A DNA stretch of 64,000 nt from Octopus vulgaris (taxonomy: Eukaryota). A program made the translations under genes and the position numbers. The DNA lies in contig OX597831.1 in assembly GCA_951406725.2 (NCBI GenBank), positions 25,110,001 through 25,174,000 on the forward strand, given 5' to 3'. The notes below the pieces were generated by a model. It made no database searches, was not told where the DNA came from, and saw only the letters and a program-made list of their open reading frames with translations. Of this stretch, positions 13,644 to 26,389 are shown one piece after another (within the stretch, counting starts at the first letter, position 1; the number at the start of each line of letters is the position of its first letter).

Positions 13644-14055
13644 TTAAATGTTACTACTCAAATGTGTATGAATATATACATATGGAGTGAGCAGATGGGG
13701 CTGAGGGGAAGGCCACACTGCTGCTAAAAACTATGGCACACACACAAGTATACACACACATATAGACACACACAAACAAGGACACAAATGCATGTGCACA
13801 TAAGGATACACATCTTAGAAGGACAGAATAAAGTGGAGCAAGAACACACACAAAAATGAAAAGTGTCACTGCAGAAGTCACAGATGTGTGGTGAAAAATT
13901 TCCAGACAGTGAATATGAGTTAAAATAATAAAAATAAGAACAGTAATAAGCAAATGAAGAAAAATATATATAGTGTGTGTGTTTATTTGGCAAAAAAAAA
14001 ATGACTATCCCAAATACAACAAAAACAATAACAGCATTTAACAAAAGCATCTTTA

Positions 14056-14223
14056 AATGATGGTCTGACCATCTGCCAAGCAAATGGGAAGCAGTAATTG
14101 AAGTAGATGGTGAATATGCTCCGGAATAATCATTTGAAGATGTTTTTGTTACATGTTGTGATTGTTTTTTGTTGAATAAAATTTGTTGAAAACAAGCCGC
14201 AATAATTATGCACCGACCCAATA
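14056..14223 (+). mobile_element. mariner transposon 3' end
   Basis: Translates DHLPSKWEAVIEVDGEYAPE*, like a mariner C-terminus, followed by TIR-like CGCAATAATTATGCACCGACCCAATA and TA. Confidence 0.7.
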
Positions 14224-14494
14224 TATAACAAAATAAAACCTTCACACACACACACACACATGCATTCAAACATCCAATCACACACATGCACATACTTACA
14301 CATACAAAGCCACACAACCATAGATTTTAAGCACGCAAAAGTATTCACTGTATTGTTTTTTTAGAACTATTTGGTTCACTGTATTTCTGTTTTATTGCCA
14401 AATGCCAACTGTAAGTTGTAAAACCGTTGATTCCTTATGATTGAACCATTTATCATCATGCCATAACAGAAGAATGTTTCTAGTTTCACTTTCA

Positions 14495-14541
<47 letters not shown>

Positions 14542-15527
14542 GCACACACACATGTGCACACCAGTAAGCGATACTGTCAAATGAAGTTCTTTCTAATTAG
14601 CTAAAATAAAACTTTATCGTTCACTTGCCTGGGAAATTGTTATTAAAATGTCTAATTTTGTTCGAACTTGTCTGCAGTGGGTTGTATAATGAAAGCAATT
14701 AATCTCAAATGAATTTTATTATATCTCATCATATGATAGAATTTTTAATTATTTTTGTGATTTCGTAGAGGGGAGTTTTGGGGGCAATATTTTGCTATTT
14801 TTTTAAATTGCTATCCGATTATAAATAATGTAATTTGTTTCTTTATTTGGCTTGTGTTTTGAGGGTAGGTTTTGTGTTGTTTGTTTTGTGTGTGTTTTAA
14901 CAATTGGGTTAATCCATTAAAGTTGATTTCTGAATAAAGAAATTTTTTAAAAAATGGAACAAAACTAATTAAAACCATGTTTTTTGTTTTTTTTTATAAT
15001 AAAAGAAAATATTTGAAATAAATTAAAAATAAACAAATCCATAAAACAAAGAATATGTAAGTAGTTTAAATAAAAGAAAATCAAAGAAAAACAATTGTAT
15101 AAACCTTCCTACTCCATCCCAACCCTACCATGACTGTCACCAGCTATTGTTTGTTGTTGAAAGAACAGACTCACACACACCAATATACACACACACACTT
15201 TCACACTTTTACCTTTTCACAACATGTCTAGAGGATAGTTAGAAATAATAATTTTGTTTCCAGATGAATAATTAAAATAAAATATTTTAATGTTGGTTTA
15301 AATAATTTCCGTGACATGATTACGTAGAAGAATTGTACTTTTTTAGCATTTGGAATTCGACCAATTCCTGCTTGTAATTTTGATTTTGAAAAATATAAAA
15401 TTTGAGACATTCTATGTTTGTTTTTTTTTAATTTTTATCTGTTCAAAGAATTTTCGCTGAAATTATTATGTATATGTGTGCCTGTATGATTGTTTATGTA
15501 AATGTGTGTGTGTGTGCGTGTATGTGT

Positions 15528-15780
15528 CATCTTCATCATCATAGTTTAACGTCCACTTCCCATGCTAGCATGGGTTGGAAGATTTGACTGAGGACTGGTG
15601 AACCAGGTGGCTGCACCAGGCTCCAATCTGATCTGGTAGTGTTTCTACAGCTGGATGCCCTTCCTAACGCCAACCACTCCAAGAGTGTAGTGGGTGCTTT
15701 TACGTGCCACTGGCACGAGGGCCAGTCAGGTGCTACTGGCAACGGCCATGCTCAAGTGGTGTTTTTTACGTGCCACCTGT
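15528..15780 (-). mobile_element. SINE family D
   Basis: Same motifs as 3871-4367; a further diverged copy lies at about 15885-16300. Confidence 0.75.
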
Positions 15781-16796
15781 ACAGTGTGTGCATATATATT
15801 ATGAAGTGTGCATATATATATTATGATTTCATTTAAGCATAGTAATACCAATAACCAGTCATAAGAAGTCAATATACTAATCCTCATCATCATCATCATC
15901 ATCATCATCATCGTACGTCTATTGTCCATGCTGGCATGGATTGGATAGTTTGACTGGGCTGGCATGTTGGAAGGCAGCACCAAGATCCAGTCTGATTTGG
16001 CATGGTATTCTATGACTGGATACCCTTCCTGATGCCAACCCAACCACTCCAAGAATGCAATTGGTGCTTTTACATACCACCGGCATGGATACCATTTGCA
16101 TGGCACCGGTATCTGCCATGACTGCAATTTTGCTTGGCTGGAATGGGCTTCTCAAGCATGACATAATGCCAAAGGTTTTGGTCATTGCCTCCGTAAGGCC
16201 CCACACTTGAAAGGAGCTCAGCCACTTTGCCTCTCCGTGAGGCCCATTCAAAAGGAACTCAGCCACCTCGCCTCCGTGAGACTTGAGAGTAAAGCATTGG
16301 GCAAGTACATAGCGTAATACTGATTTCAAATTTTGGCACAAGGCCAGCAACTTTGGGGAGGAGGATAATCCATTACATAGACCCCTGTACTCAGCTGGTA
16401 TTTATTTTATCAACCCTGAGAGAATGAGAGGCAAAGTCAACTTCAGCAGACTTTGAACTCAGAATGTAAGGACAAAGTGTTGCTAAAGATTTTTCCTAAC
16501 GAGCTCATGGTTCTACCAGCTCACTGCCTTAAAGTGCATAGTGTAATACTAATTAATGAAAGACAAAGGAATAGGAATCACATAACCTAGTTCATTAGCT
16601 GAGCTGTTTCTGTTAGAAGAAGTAGTAGTCTCAGAGGAGTGCTCAAGGAAGATGTAGAGCATTGCACAAGCACTCTGATTATAGAGTTTCTTATAACAGA
16701 AACAGCTGTAAGCTAATGGAATTGATTATGTAATTCCTGTTTCCTTGACACTCATTAACATGGTGTGTACAAATATTTGTATGTGTGTGTTGGTAT

Positions 16797-17190
16797 TCTT
16801 TTATTTGTTTCAGTCATTTGTCTGCAGCCATGCTGGAGCACCACCTTTAGTCAATCAAATCTCGACCACCAGGACTTATTCTTTGTAAGCCTAGTACTTA
16901 TTCTATTGGTTTCCTTTGGCAAACCGCTAAGTTACAGAGACGTAAACACACCAATATCAGTTGTCAAGCGATGGTGTGTGGACCAACACAGACACACGTA
17001 CATACACATACACACACACACACACACATATATATGACAGGATTCTTTCAGTTTCCATCTACCAAATCCCCTCACAAGGCTTTGGTCAGCCTGAGGCTAT
17101 AGTAGTAGACACTTGCCCAAGATTCCATGCACAGGAACTGAACCCAGAACCATGTGGTTGGTTAAGCAAACTACTTACCACATAGCCACT
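16797..17190 (-). mobile_element. SINE family A
   Basis: Reverse complement of 9613-10030 with internal (CA)n. Confidence 0.8.
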
Positions 17191-17729
17191 CTTATGTATA
17201 TTTCAAAGTTGTACTTGTTTAGTAAAAGACTTGATTGTAGAATAGAATGTGTTGAAACTGAAGCAATTACAACAGTGAAGAACCATATTAGTAACTTACA
17301 ACAATACACACACGCACGCACGCACACAAATCGTTTAAGTACACATTTCATATATTTCTTGAAGCGTCAAAATCTACTTCACACAACTTTGAGCTGGTCA
17401 ATGGCAATAGTTTCACTGCAGCAAGTTCAACCGTATCAATGACTTGGTCACAGTTATGTGATGAAAATTTTGACACCTGAAGAAATGAGCAGAGAAATTA
17501 ATTTAACAGATTAATTGCTTTGACAATCTGACAAACTAATTAAATATTCATCTCAAGCATTAAATATTGCATTAGTAAATTGACACGGTAACAAAAGGGT
17601 ATACCCATAACATATTTTATCACACTGGAATAGCTTTTCCGACCATAGTACACATACAGACATGCATATATAGACACAGTATTGTGTGTGTGGGTGTTTG
17701 TGTATGTATGTACATACACATACACACAC

Positions 17730-18090
17730 ACATCATCATCATCATCATCATTTAACGTCCGTTTTCCATGCTAGTATGGGTTGGATGGTTCGACCGGGGT
17801 CTGGGAAGCCAGGAGGCTGCACCAGGCTCCAGTCTGATCTGGCAGTGTTTCTACAGCTGGATGCTCTTCCTAATGCCAACCACTCCATGAGTGTAGTGGG
17901 TGCTTTTTATGTGCCACTGGCACAGGTGCCAGGGGAGGCTGGCAGTGGCCACGATTGGTTGGTTCTTTTTACGTGATACCAGCACGGAAGACAGTCAAGG
18001 TGGTCCTGGCATCGGTCACGTTTGGATGGTGCTTTTAACATGCCACTGGCACAGGTATCACTACTACAATTTCCATTTGATTTTTATTTT
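17730..18090 (-). mobile_element. SINE family D
   Basis: (CAT)n-TTAACGTCCGTTTTCCATGCTAG... with three internal GCTTTT..GTGCCACTGGCAC-type units. Confidence 0.8.
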
Positions 18091-18246
18091 GATATATAAT
18101 ATACTTGCGTGTAAGTACACAAACACACAAAGCTAAAATCTTTTTACATAAGTATAAAGTTACTTGTGGTTTTACTAAAGAATCGTGTATATCATGTATA
18201 ATGTTCATTCATAGAAGTAACAAAAAAAAAAACAATTTTAAATCAA

Positions 18247-18543
18247 GTCGCAGGAGTGGCTGTGTGGTAAGTAGCTTGCTTACCAACCACATAGTTCCGG
18301 GTTTAGTCCCACTGCGTGACACCTTGAGCAAGTGTCTTCTTCTATAGCCTCGGGCCAACCAAAGCCTTGTGAGTGGATTTGGTGGACAGAAACTGAAAGA
18401 AGCCCATAGTATGTATGTACATATATATGTGTGTGTGCTTGTCCCCCCAACATCGCTTGACAACCGATGCTGGTGTGTTTACGTCCCCCGTAACTTAGCA
18501 GTTTGGCAAAAGGAACTGATAGAATAAGTACTAGGCTTACAAA
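18247..18543 (+). mobile_element. SINE family A, 3' truncated
   Basis: Head, CORE-like segment and tail match 9613-10030 up to GGCTTACAAAG. Confidence 0.8.
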
Positions 18544-18947
18544 GTTGTTGTTAAAGTAGAATCATTAGCACACTGGACAAAATGCTTAGCAGCATTCTTT
18601 CCAGCTTAACATTCTGATTTCAAATTTTGCTAAGGTCAACTTTCAGGGTCGATGGAATAAGTACAAGTGTAATCAACCCATTACCTCCCGCAATTGCTGG
18701 CCTTGGACCAAAAATTTGAAGCCATTACTATTATTATCGTTATTAATGTTATTATTATTAAGGCAGTAAGCTAGGCTGAATCACTAGCTTGCCAGGAAAA
18801 ATGCCAAGTTCAAATTCCACTGAGGTCGATTTTTACCTTTTATCCTTTTGGGGACAATAAATTAAGTACCAGGGAAACACTGAGATTGATGTAATTGACT
18901 AGTTCCCACCCCCAAAATTTCAGGCCTTGTCCTTTTAGCAGAAAGGC

Positions 18948-18979
<32 letters not shown>

Positions 18980-19026
18980 ATTATTATTATTATTATTATT
19001 ATTATTATCATTATTATTATTATTAT

Positions 19027-19582
19027 TGAGTGAGAGAGCAGTTCATGCCATCAAAGTGACACTGGGGTAAAATATACGAAGCCCAATATACCCATCATGA
19101 CTACCCGTCTGATAAGGGTACACCAGGCACATGCATCACAACCATATGTGCGCGACATGGTCATCTCATATCAAGATAAACAGCACATGACCTTGCAGGT
19201 GGGGCCCAGTTAGAAATTTCTTCAGGTTGAGTAGCCCATCTCGCTCAAAAGGTCCCTGAATAAGGGTTGTTTAAGGATGTTGAAAGAACCACCCATGTTT
19301 CCAGAGGTGAATTATTCAAACCCCAAAGAATCCCTCTCAACACATGGCTATGATGCTCCCCCACTACTTCTGCTCGTGATCAGAGATGTACATATCGTCA
19401 GCCACTAAGGGACATGCTCAACTGGTTAAGGTCAAACAACTGACAAGCAAATCTGTGGTATTGAGCAGAATATTTGCTGTAGCCCATCTTTTATACCAAG
19501 ACAAAACAATGTACATGATAACACTTCCAATCAGTTAAGATCAGAAGCCATGAGAGCCACTGACTGGTACTGCATCAGGGCA
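19027..19582. mobile_element. unclassified ~556-bp element embedded in (ATT)n
   Basis: Higher-GC block with sharp edges (TG...CA) between ATT arrays at 18948-19026 and 19583-19622; no ORF and no TIR. Confidence 0.55.
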
Positions 19583-19623
19583 ATATTATTATTATTATTA
19601 TTATCATTATTATTATTATTATC

Positions 19624-19665
<42 letters not shown>

Positions 19666-20299
19666 TGTAGTAGTAGTAGTTTTAGTTTTAATGTTAATAG
19701 ACTAGATAGTAAACAATAATAAATTTATTATTTCACTACTATAAAGCTAAACATCTACTGCATACAAACATGAAGGTTTTATTAAAAATGATATTTTTCT
19801 TAGATCTTTTTTTTTTTAATATTTTGATATTTTGAGATGGTATTGATATCATGATGTTTAATTTGTGGCCTAACTGAATTGGAAAAAGGGAGCTTTTGTG
19901 CGGGATTTATTATATTTGATTTCTTTTTTTTTGTAAAAGCTTTGCGTGTTTAGTGAGTTCCATGCTTTAATCAGGTAAAGGAAAAAAATTCTCTTACAAC
20001 AGTTGTAGCAAGAGAACCCCATTATTGTAAACGTTTAGCACATTTTATTAATAGCTCTTCATAATGGAAAGTAGAATACTAAAGACAGCAGACCAGTATA
20101 ATAAAGTTTAGGAAAAGTCAGGTTAAGTTGTTTATTTGGCCGAGTAATATAATGCAATGTGCAAGTGTTGTAACTAACAAACATGCTTAAATCTGCTCTA
20201 ACTGATCATGAGAATTCTGTAAAGATTGAAAGAACGCTAATAATTGTGCATAGTCAAATCTAATTTCAAATATATTTACAAAGGCCAGGACCCAAAATA

Positions 20300-21010
20300 C
20301 AGATAGGAAAAATTTCAAAATTAAATCTACTGTACAAACAGCATGTCACTGCAGTATTCAATCAGAAGATTAATCTAATAAATGATAGTAAAAGGAGAGT
20401 GTGCGTGAAGATGCTAAGATACATTGATTAAAATGTATGAGTCTAATCAAGAATTCTATTACTTTGGCTGGTATGGCATGAGTAATTAATTAACAAATTG
20501 ACAGAGTCAAAACACTCGTTATTAAGTGATGAACCAAGTGATATAAGAATCACAAAAATAATGTGCTTGTTTGTGAAGTATTTTTCGGATAAACACTAAA
20601 GAATGCAAACATCCATTTTGGGGACAATTCCTGTTGTTTCAGCAACTGGTGGATGTCTTTGTAATGGAATTGGAAGTTTTTCAACGATGGACAACATTGA
20701 TATAAATAATTGCATTGGACTGAGGACAATGGAGCAAATAATATTACTGATCAGTATAATTCAGAGTATTTGAAATGGAGAAATATGAAGCCCATTATTA
20801 CATTCATTAAAATCTGCATGCCAGTTTAACTTGATGCTGCCGAAAGGCATGTGCTTGCCTGCCTTCTAATTTAACTTTCTTCATATCAGAAATTTTAAAT
20901 TGGCTTAGTGTTAGTGCTCTTCATCAAGTTGATTACAAGAATATATTTATTCAGTAATGAATGATGAAGATACAGACTACCAAAAATTTGTCAACCGAAG
21001 CACAACTCAG
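20300..21010 (+). pseudogene. possible highly decayed hAT (Charlie-like) transposase
   Basis: Only faint, frameshifted motif resemblance judged by eye. Confidence 0.25.
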
Positions 21011-21120
21011 CTTTTGGTTGTTCACATTGAAATATGTGCAGATAATCCAGTAGCAAAGCAGAATCTTAATGCATACTTTGTGTCAGTTTTTGTAAAAAAA
21101 AAAGAAAAAATAGTCACATA

Positions 21121-21563
21121 GGTGTAGGAGTGGCTGTGTTGTAAGTAGCTTGCTTGCTTGCTTACAAACCACAGGGTTCCGATTTCAGTCCCACTGTGTG
21201 GCACCTTGGGCAAGTGTCTTCTACTATAGCCTCAGGCCGACCAAAGCCTTGTGAGTGGATTTGATGGACGGAAGCTGAAGGAAGCCCGTCGTATATATGT
21301 ATATATCTATATGCGTGTGTGTGTATGTGTATGTTTGTGTGTCTGTGTTTGTTCCCCCTCCCCCCAACATCGCTTGACAATCGATGCTGGTGTGTTTACG
21401 TCCCCGTAACTTATAGGACTTAGAGGTTCGGCAAAAGAGACCGATGGAGTAAGTACTGGGCTCACAAAGAATAAGTCCTGGGGTTGATTTGCTCGACTAG
21501 GGGCAGTGTTCTAGCATGGCCACAGTCAAATGACTGAAACAAGTAAAGAGAAAGAGTAAAGAG
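21121..21563 (+). mobile_element. SINE family A, full length
   Basis: Matches 9613-10030, including the AAAGAG tail. Confidence 0.85.
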
Positions 21564-21835
21564 GCACATTGTACATATTCTAAATATAATTCTGAACAAA
21601 AGCAGTAAACTTTATTTTCATTTCACTTGCCTTCTGGTCTTCAAACTTTGTAGCTTCGATATTTCAAGCTTCAAATTCCAAGAACTATTGAACTACAAAA
21701 GTAGGGAATAAAGATATTCAGCAAATATGAGCTTCGATCTTGGAGAAAGATTAACATCCAGCTTTCATTTGCAAAAGGAGTAATGAAAACTGAAGAAATG
21801 GAATAAAGCAATGTTTTGAAACATGACTGAGGTTA

Positions 21836-22070
21836 CCGTTCTATATTTAAGAGATGAGGAATTATATACATTATTTATATTTGACGGATATTTGTCTTCA
21901 TCTTGTTTGTTGTTAACACAATATTTTGGCTGATATACCCTCCAACCTTCATCAGGTGTCTTGGGGAAATTTCGAGCCTGGGTTCTCATTCCCAAGGTTA
22001 AGAGTGTGGGCTACTAACCCCAAGATTCTGAGTTCAATTCCAGGCAGTGACCTGAATAATAATAATGATG

Positions 22071-22112
<42 letters not shown>

Positions 22113-22772
22113 TTAATTGACATGAGTATCCCTTGCGATCATGTTTATTAATTGACATGAGTATCCCTTGCAATCATGATTATTAATTGACATGAGTATT
22201 CCTTGCGATCACAATATAGCGGCGAAAGAATTTGACAAGATTAGTAAATATAAAGACCTGCTAATAGAAATTGAAAAAATGTGGCATGTCAAGGCGACTA
22301 CAGTACCAGTGATTGTAGGATCTCTAGGAATGATAAAAAAAGGTACTGAAACCTATATGAAAATGATTCCAGGCTTACCATCCCTACAGGAAGTGCAAAA
22401 AGTCGTATTAACTGGAACGGCTCATGTACTGAGAAGAGCATTATCGCTCTGAAAACAACATCCTTCCATGAATTTATTTATTTATTAATTTTTAAATACA
22501 TATTTTACTTGTGAATTTGTGTGTTTAATCTGGGAATGCATACAATGAGCTTCTCTGCCCTATTTGTATGGAAAACACTCGGCGAGAAACGGGAGAAAAT
22601 TTGAAGAAAGAAGGAAAAAACATAATAATAATAATAATAATATTGAAAAATACTTTAGGAATGAGAACCCAGGTTCGAAATTTCCCCAAGACACCTTATG
22701 AAGGCTGGAGGGTATATCAGCCAAAACAATGTGTTCATAACAAACAAGATGAGGACAAAAATCTGTCAAATG
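21836..22772. mobile_element. Penelope-like inverted terminal repeats enclosing nested insertions
   Basis: The left block (21836-21998) is mirrored over about 120 bp at 22651-22772. Each arm has a hammerhead-like CTGATGA-AGGYTG..CAGCC-(G)AAA motif. A third copy lies at about 60274-60441. Confidence 0.6.
22112..22621 (+). mobile_element. 5'-truncated Dong/R4-like non-LTR retrotransposon (RLE endonuclease C-terminus + 3'UTR)
   Basis: IDMSIP-D-NI..KE.DKISKYKDL.IEIEKMW...VPVIVGSLG is typical of a restriction-like endonuclease domain; stop at 22452; (AAT)n on both sides. Confidence 0.8.
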
Positions 22773-23739
22773 GTGTGGTATACCATGAGCCTTAACTTAT
22801 TTTGAAACAATAAGATTTATAACTTAAATTTAGGATTTACTAAAAGTTACATAAATTCTTGTTTACAGAACAAGTGATAAGCCAGGTGGTCTGTTAGACT
22901 TGGAAGTACCAAACCTTTTAAACCTTACCTTAACATTCAGTGAGCATTACAAGCTCTTTTAGATCTTAACAGTTCTAACAAGTGAAGAAGTAAAGGACAA
23001 AATGCATTATAACTAAAAGATTTGTTTGTGTGATAATGTCAGTTCTTTGGATGGCGATGGGCTCAAGAGATATGTCTTGTGGATGTCAGATTTTAGAATA
23101 GATACACCATATGTCTGCTTGCTGGAAGAAGTGACTGAAAGGATTGCTATCAGAATGGATTTCCATCTATAAAATTCTGTCTCCAAAAGTCCTATCCAAC
23201 TCATGCAAGCAATAAAAAACTATGAATGATGAGGGGGATTATTGATGGTGGTGGTGGTGCTGCTGTTGTTGTCGTTGTTGTTGTTGTTAAGCAACAAGAC
23301 AGGTAAGGGTGATGGTCTAGGGCTTAGGGGTGGGAGACACCAGACCTTGGAAAAAAAAAACTTTGGTCGTCTTGTTGTAGTCGAGGGCTCTTCGTTGACG
23401 CCCAACACCATTGGGAGGTGGCCCTCGAAGTCACTGGAAATGGAGATCTCCAGGTCCAAATTCTGGAACTGCTATTGCTGCTGGTGGTGGTGGTGGTGGT
23501 GGTGGTGTGGAAGAAGGGGAGGAGATTTAAGCCAGAGATGCCACCTCAGAGGATGAAGTAAAAGAAGTAGCATCTGCTCTTCTGATGAAAACCAAACTTT
23601 CACACGCCGTGAATATGGAGTTAAGAGTTAGAAGAAGAAGACGAAGAAGAAGAAGAAGCATGCATGACCAAACAACACTTGTTGTTATCTTGGTAAGAAT
23701 GATTCATCTGCTGCAAAAGACTGACTTAAAAAAAAACAG

Positions 23740-24278
23740 TCTGTTTCATGTTCACATTGATAATGTTATTGCAGCACTAACCACACATTTTTAATGTTGT
23801 GAAGCAGATGGTTGAACATTTTGTTTTCTTGCAGAAATATTCCACAAGACGTAAAAATGTGCCGGTATAAAACGGCAAATAGCTTAGCACACACATATAT
23901 GCTTCTTATATTTATGATGAAACATTTTGAAACATGAATAAAATATTTACTGTCGGTACTTGAAGCAAATTTTGGAAAATCAGAAGTGAAACCTTTAGAA
24001 TTACAGCGATTATTATGACTACAAACTTTCTGAGATGTTTTCAAATGTTTGTGCTAGTTCGAAAAATATTGTTGACAATTCTAGTTATTGTAGTATCAAC
24101 AGAAAGATCTTTTTAGCAAGCATCTCAAAAACTTTTTTTATGATCAGCCGTGTCTCAAATCTGACATGTTGATTTACCGACACCGAATAGTGAGTGAAGT
24201 ATTGCCACAGAAATTGATTTTGATAGTGTTATTAGAAATGTTGAAAATAAAACAGCTAGAAAAGCTCATTTCATTAGC
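23740..24278 (+). pseudogene. decayed hAT transposase C-terminal (dimerisation) region
   Basis: Frameshifted KILLTI.VIVVSTERSF...SAVSQ...IATEIDFDSVIRNVENKTARKA. Confidence 0.65.
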
Positions 24279-24591
24279 TGTTTTGGCTTATCATTGCTTT
24301 GTACAAAGTGTATTGTCTGGCCAATCTAGTTCACAGGCAATAAAACATAGATGAAAGTTTACCACTGGTCATATTCCGTTAAGCAGAGATTAGCCATCAT
24401 CTTCAATTATCTTTTTCATAATCATTCACCAAAAGCTGTCTGTTCTGTTCTGTTCAAATTTTCTCTATAACCATATTTTCCTACAAAGAAGTTGAGAAAA
24501 CACTACATCTGGTCCATATTATATGTACCAGATTATATTTGTTGATATGACTTAATCGAAGAGAGAGACTGAAGGTTCATTTGAACCTTAA

Positions 24592-24811
24592 CCCTTTACT
24601 GTTCGCATTATTCTACCAAAATTAATCCCTTTTTATCCACATTGTTTTGAACTATCATGCATTATCTTGAAGCTATGAGATTTTGATGAGGTAGCTGTTA
24701 ATTTTTAAGATGATATTGTAGGGTTGGTCTGAGAGACCAGATCTGGCCAGTTTGAACATAAAACAGGCAGAATACTTTTGGCCGGATATGGCCGGTTTAA
24801 ATTTTAAAGGG
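24592..24811. mobile_element. piggyBac-like MITE, second family
   Basis: TTAA-CCCTTTA ... TAAAGGG-TTAA; decayed relatives near 28040-28252, 42480 and 60870-61030. Confidence 0.75.
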
Positions 24812-24931
24812 TTAAATCCTAAATTTTGATCAGAGCATAACTCTGATGGAGATGAAAGTAGTCTTGTTCTTGCTTGCAAAATTTCTTTTGGAAAGTGTAT
24901 GGTGTGTTTATCTCTCTCTCACCCTCTCTAC

Positions 24932-24998
<67 letters not shown>

Positions 24999-25005
24999 CA
25001 CACAC

Positions 25006-25054
<49 letters not shown>

Positions 25055-25262
25055 ACTCTTAAACAAGTATATTATCGAAACTGACTTCAAGTTTCAGCCA
25101 GCTAAACCATTGTTGGACAACGACTTAGCTGACCAAAATTTCGAAGTTACTGTCAATAATTTTTTGTTTAAGTATAATATATTTGTACTCTAGAAAATTA
25201 TAGAGTAACTCATCAGATTAATGTAAAATTGTATTTATTATAGCTGAACATGAAAACAAACA

Positions 25263-25302
<40 letters not shown>

Positions 25303-25865
25303 TGCATATCTATATATAGAATCTCTATCAGTATTTATAATGATAGTGATTTCAAATATTGTAATAGCATTTCATTGTTTTCTTATTCTCTACATCTATT
25401 TACATAATAACACTATAATAAAGTGAATATTACAACCACTTCTTACAAATCTGTCATCCTCCACTATATGTATACAAATATATATGCGCATATATGTACA
25501 TGCATATACATATACACACTAATTTATACATATGCACATATATGCATATACACACTTGTATTGCAGCACTATACTTTTATGTACCTGTGGTTCAGCAATT
25601 ACTTTTCAATACACCTATAAACACTCATGGTACAGTATATATATATATATTTATATATACTTGCAAAGATATCATATACTCTATTATTATCTAGTGTAAC
25701 AATTAAAAAATGATAATGCAGAATCAATAATATAGGCGATTGCAGGCCCCAGAAAAGCATTATTATTAGTGTATTTTGGTGATTTAAATAAAAGTTTTGA
25801 CTGTTATTTCCAGCAGGTAGACAAACTTAGTATGTCCTTTGATCAACTTTACATATATACATATA

Positions 25866-26240
25866 GGCGCAGGAGTGGCTGTGTGGTAAGTAGCTTGCTT
25901 ACTAACCACATGGTTCCGGGTTCAGTCCCACTGCGTGGCATCTTGGGCAAGTGTCTTCTGCTATAGCCTTGGGCCAACCAAAGCCTTGTGAGTGGATTTG
26001 GTAGATGGAAACTAGATGTTTGTGTATATGTTTGTGTGTCTGTGTTTGTCCCCTTAGCATTGCTTGACAACCAATGCTGGTGTGTTTACGTCTCCGTCAC
26101 TTAGCGGTTCGGCAAAAGAGACCAATAGAATAAGTACTGGGCTTACAAAGAATAAGTCCCGGGGTTGATTTGCTCGACTAAAAGCGGTGCTCCAGCATGG
26201 CCACAGTCAAATGACTGAAACAAGTAAAAGAATAAAAGAA
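25866..26240 (+). mobile_element. SINE family A
   Basis: Matches 9613-10030. Confidence 0.85.
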
Positions 26241-26389
26241 TATATATAGTATTAGTAAAATAGATGGAATGTGTAATACTTGTTATCTATTTATACATTT
26301 TGTATAATTTCTCCATTTTATATATATATATATATACATATTTGCTATGGTGTTATAGTTATATACTCTGTAACTTAGCACTGCTCATT

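Noticed and set aside
13724-14317. 197-aa ORF on the - strand
   Set aside because: Low complexity, spans an antisense mariner end, and has no recognisable domain.
23220-23556. Overlapping ORFs on both strands as a coding exon
   Set aside because: In-frame stops lie close upstream, composition is driven by triplet repeats, and no homology is recognised.
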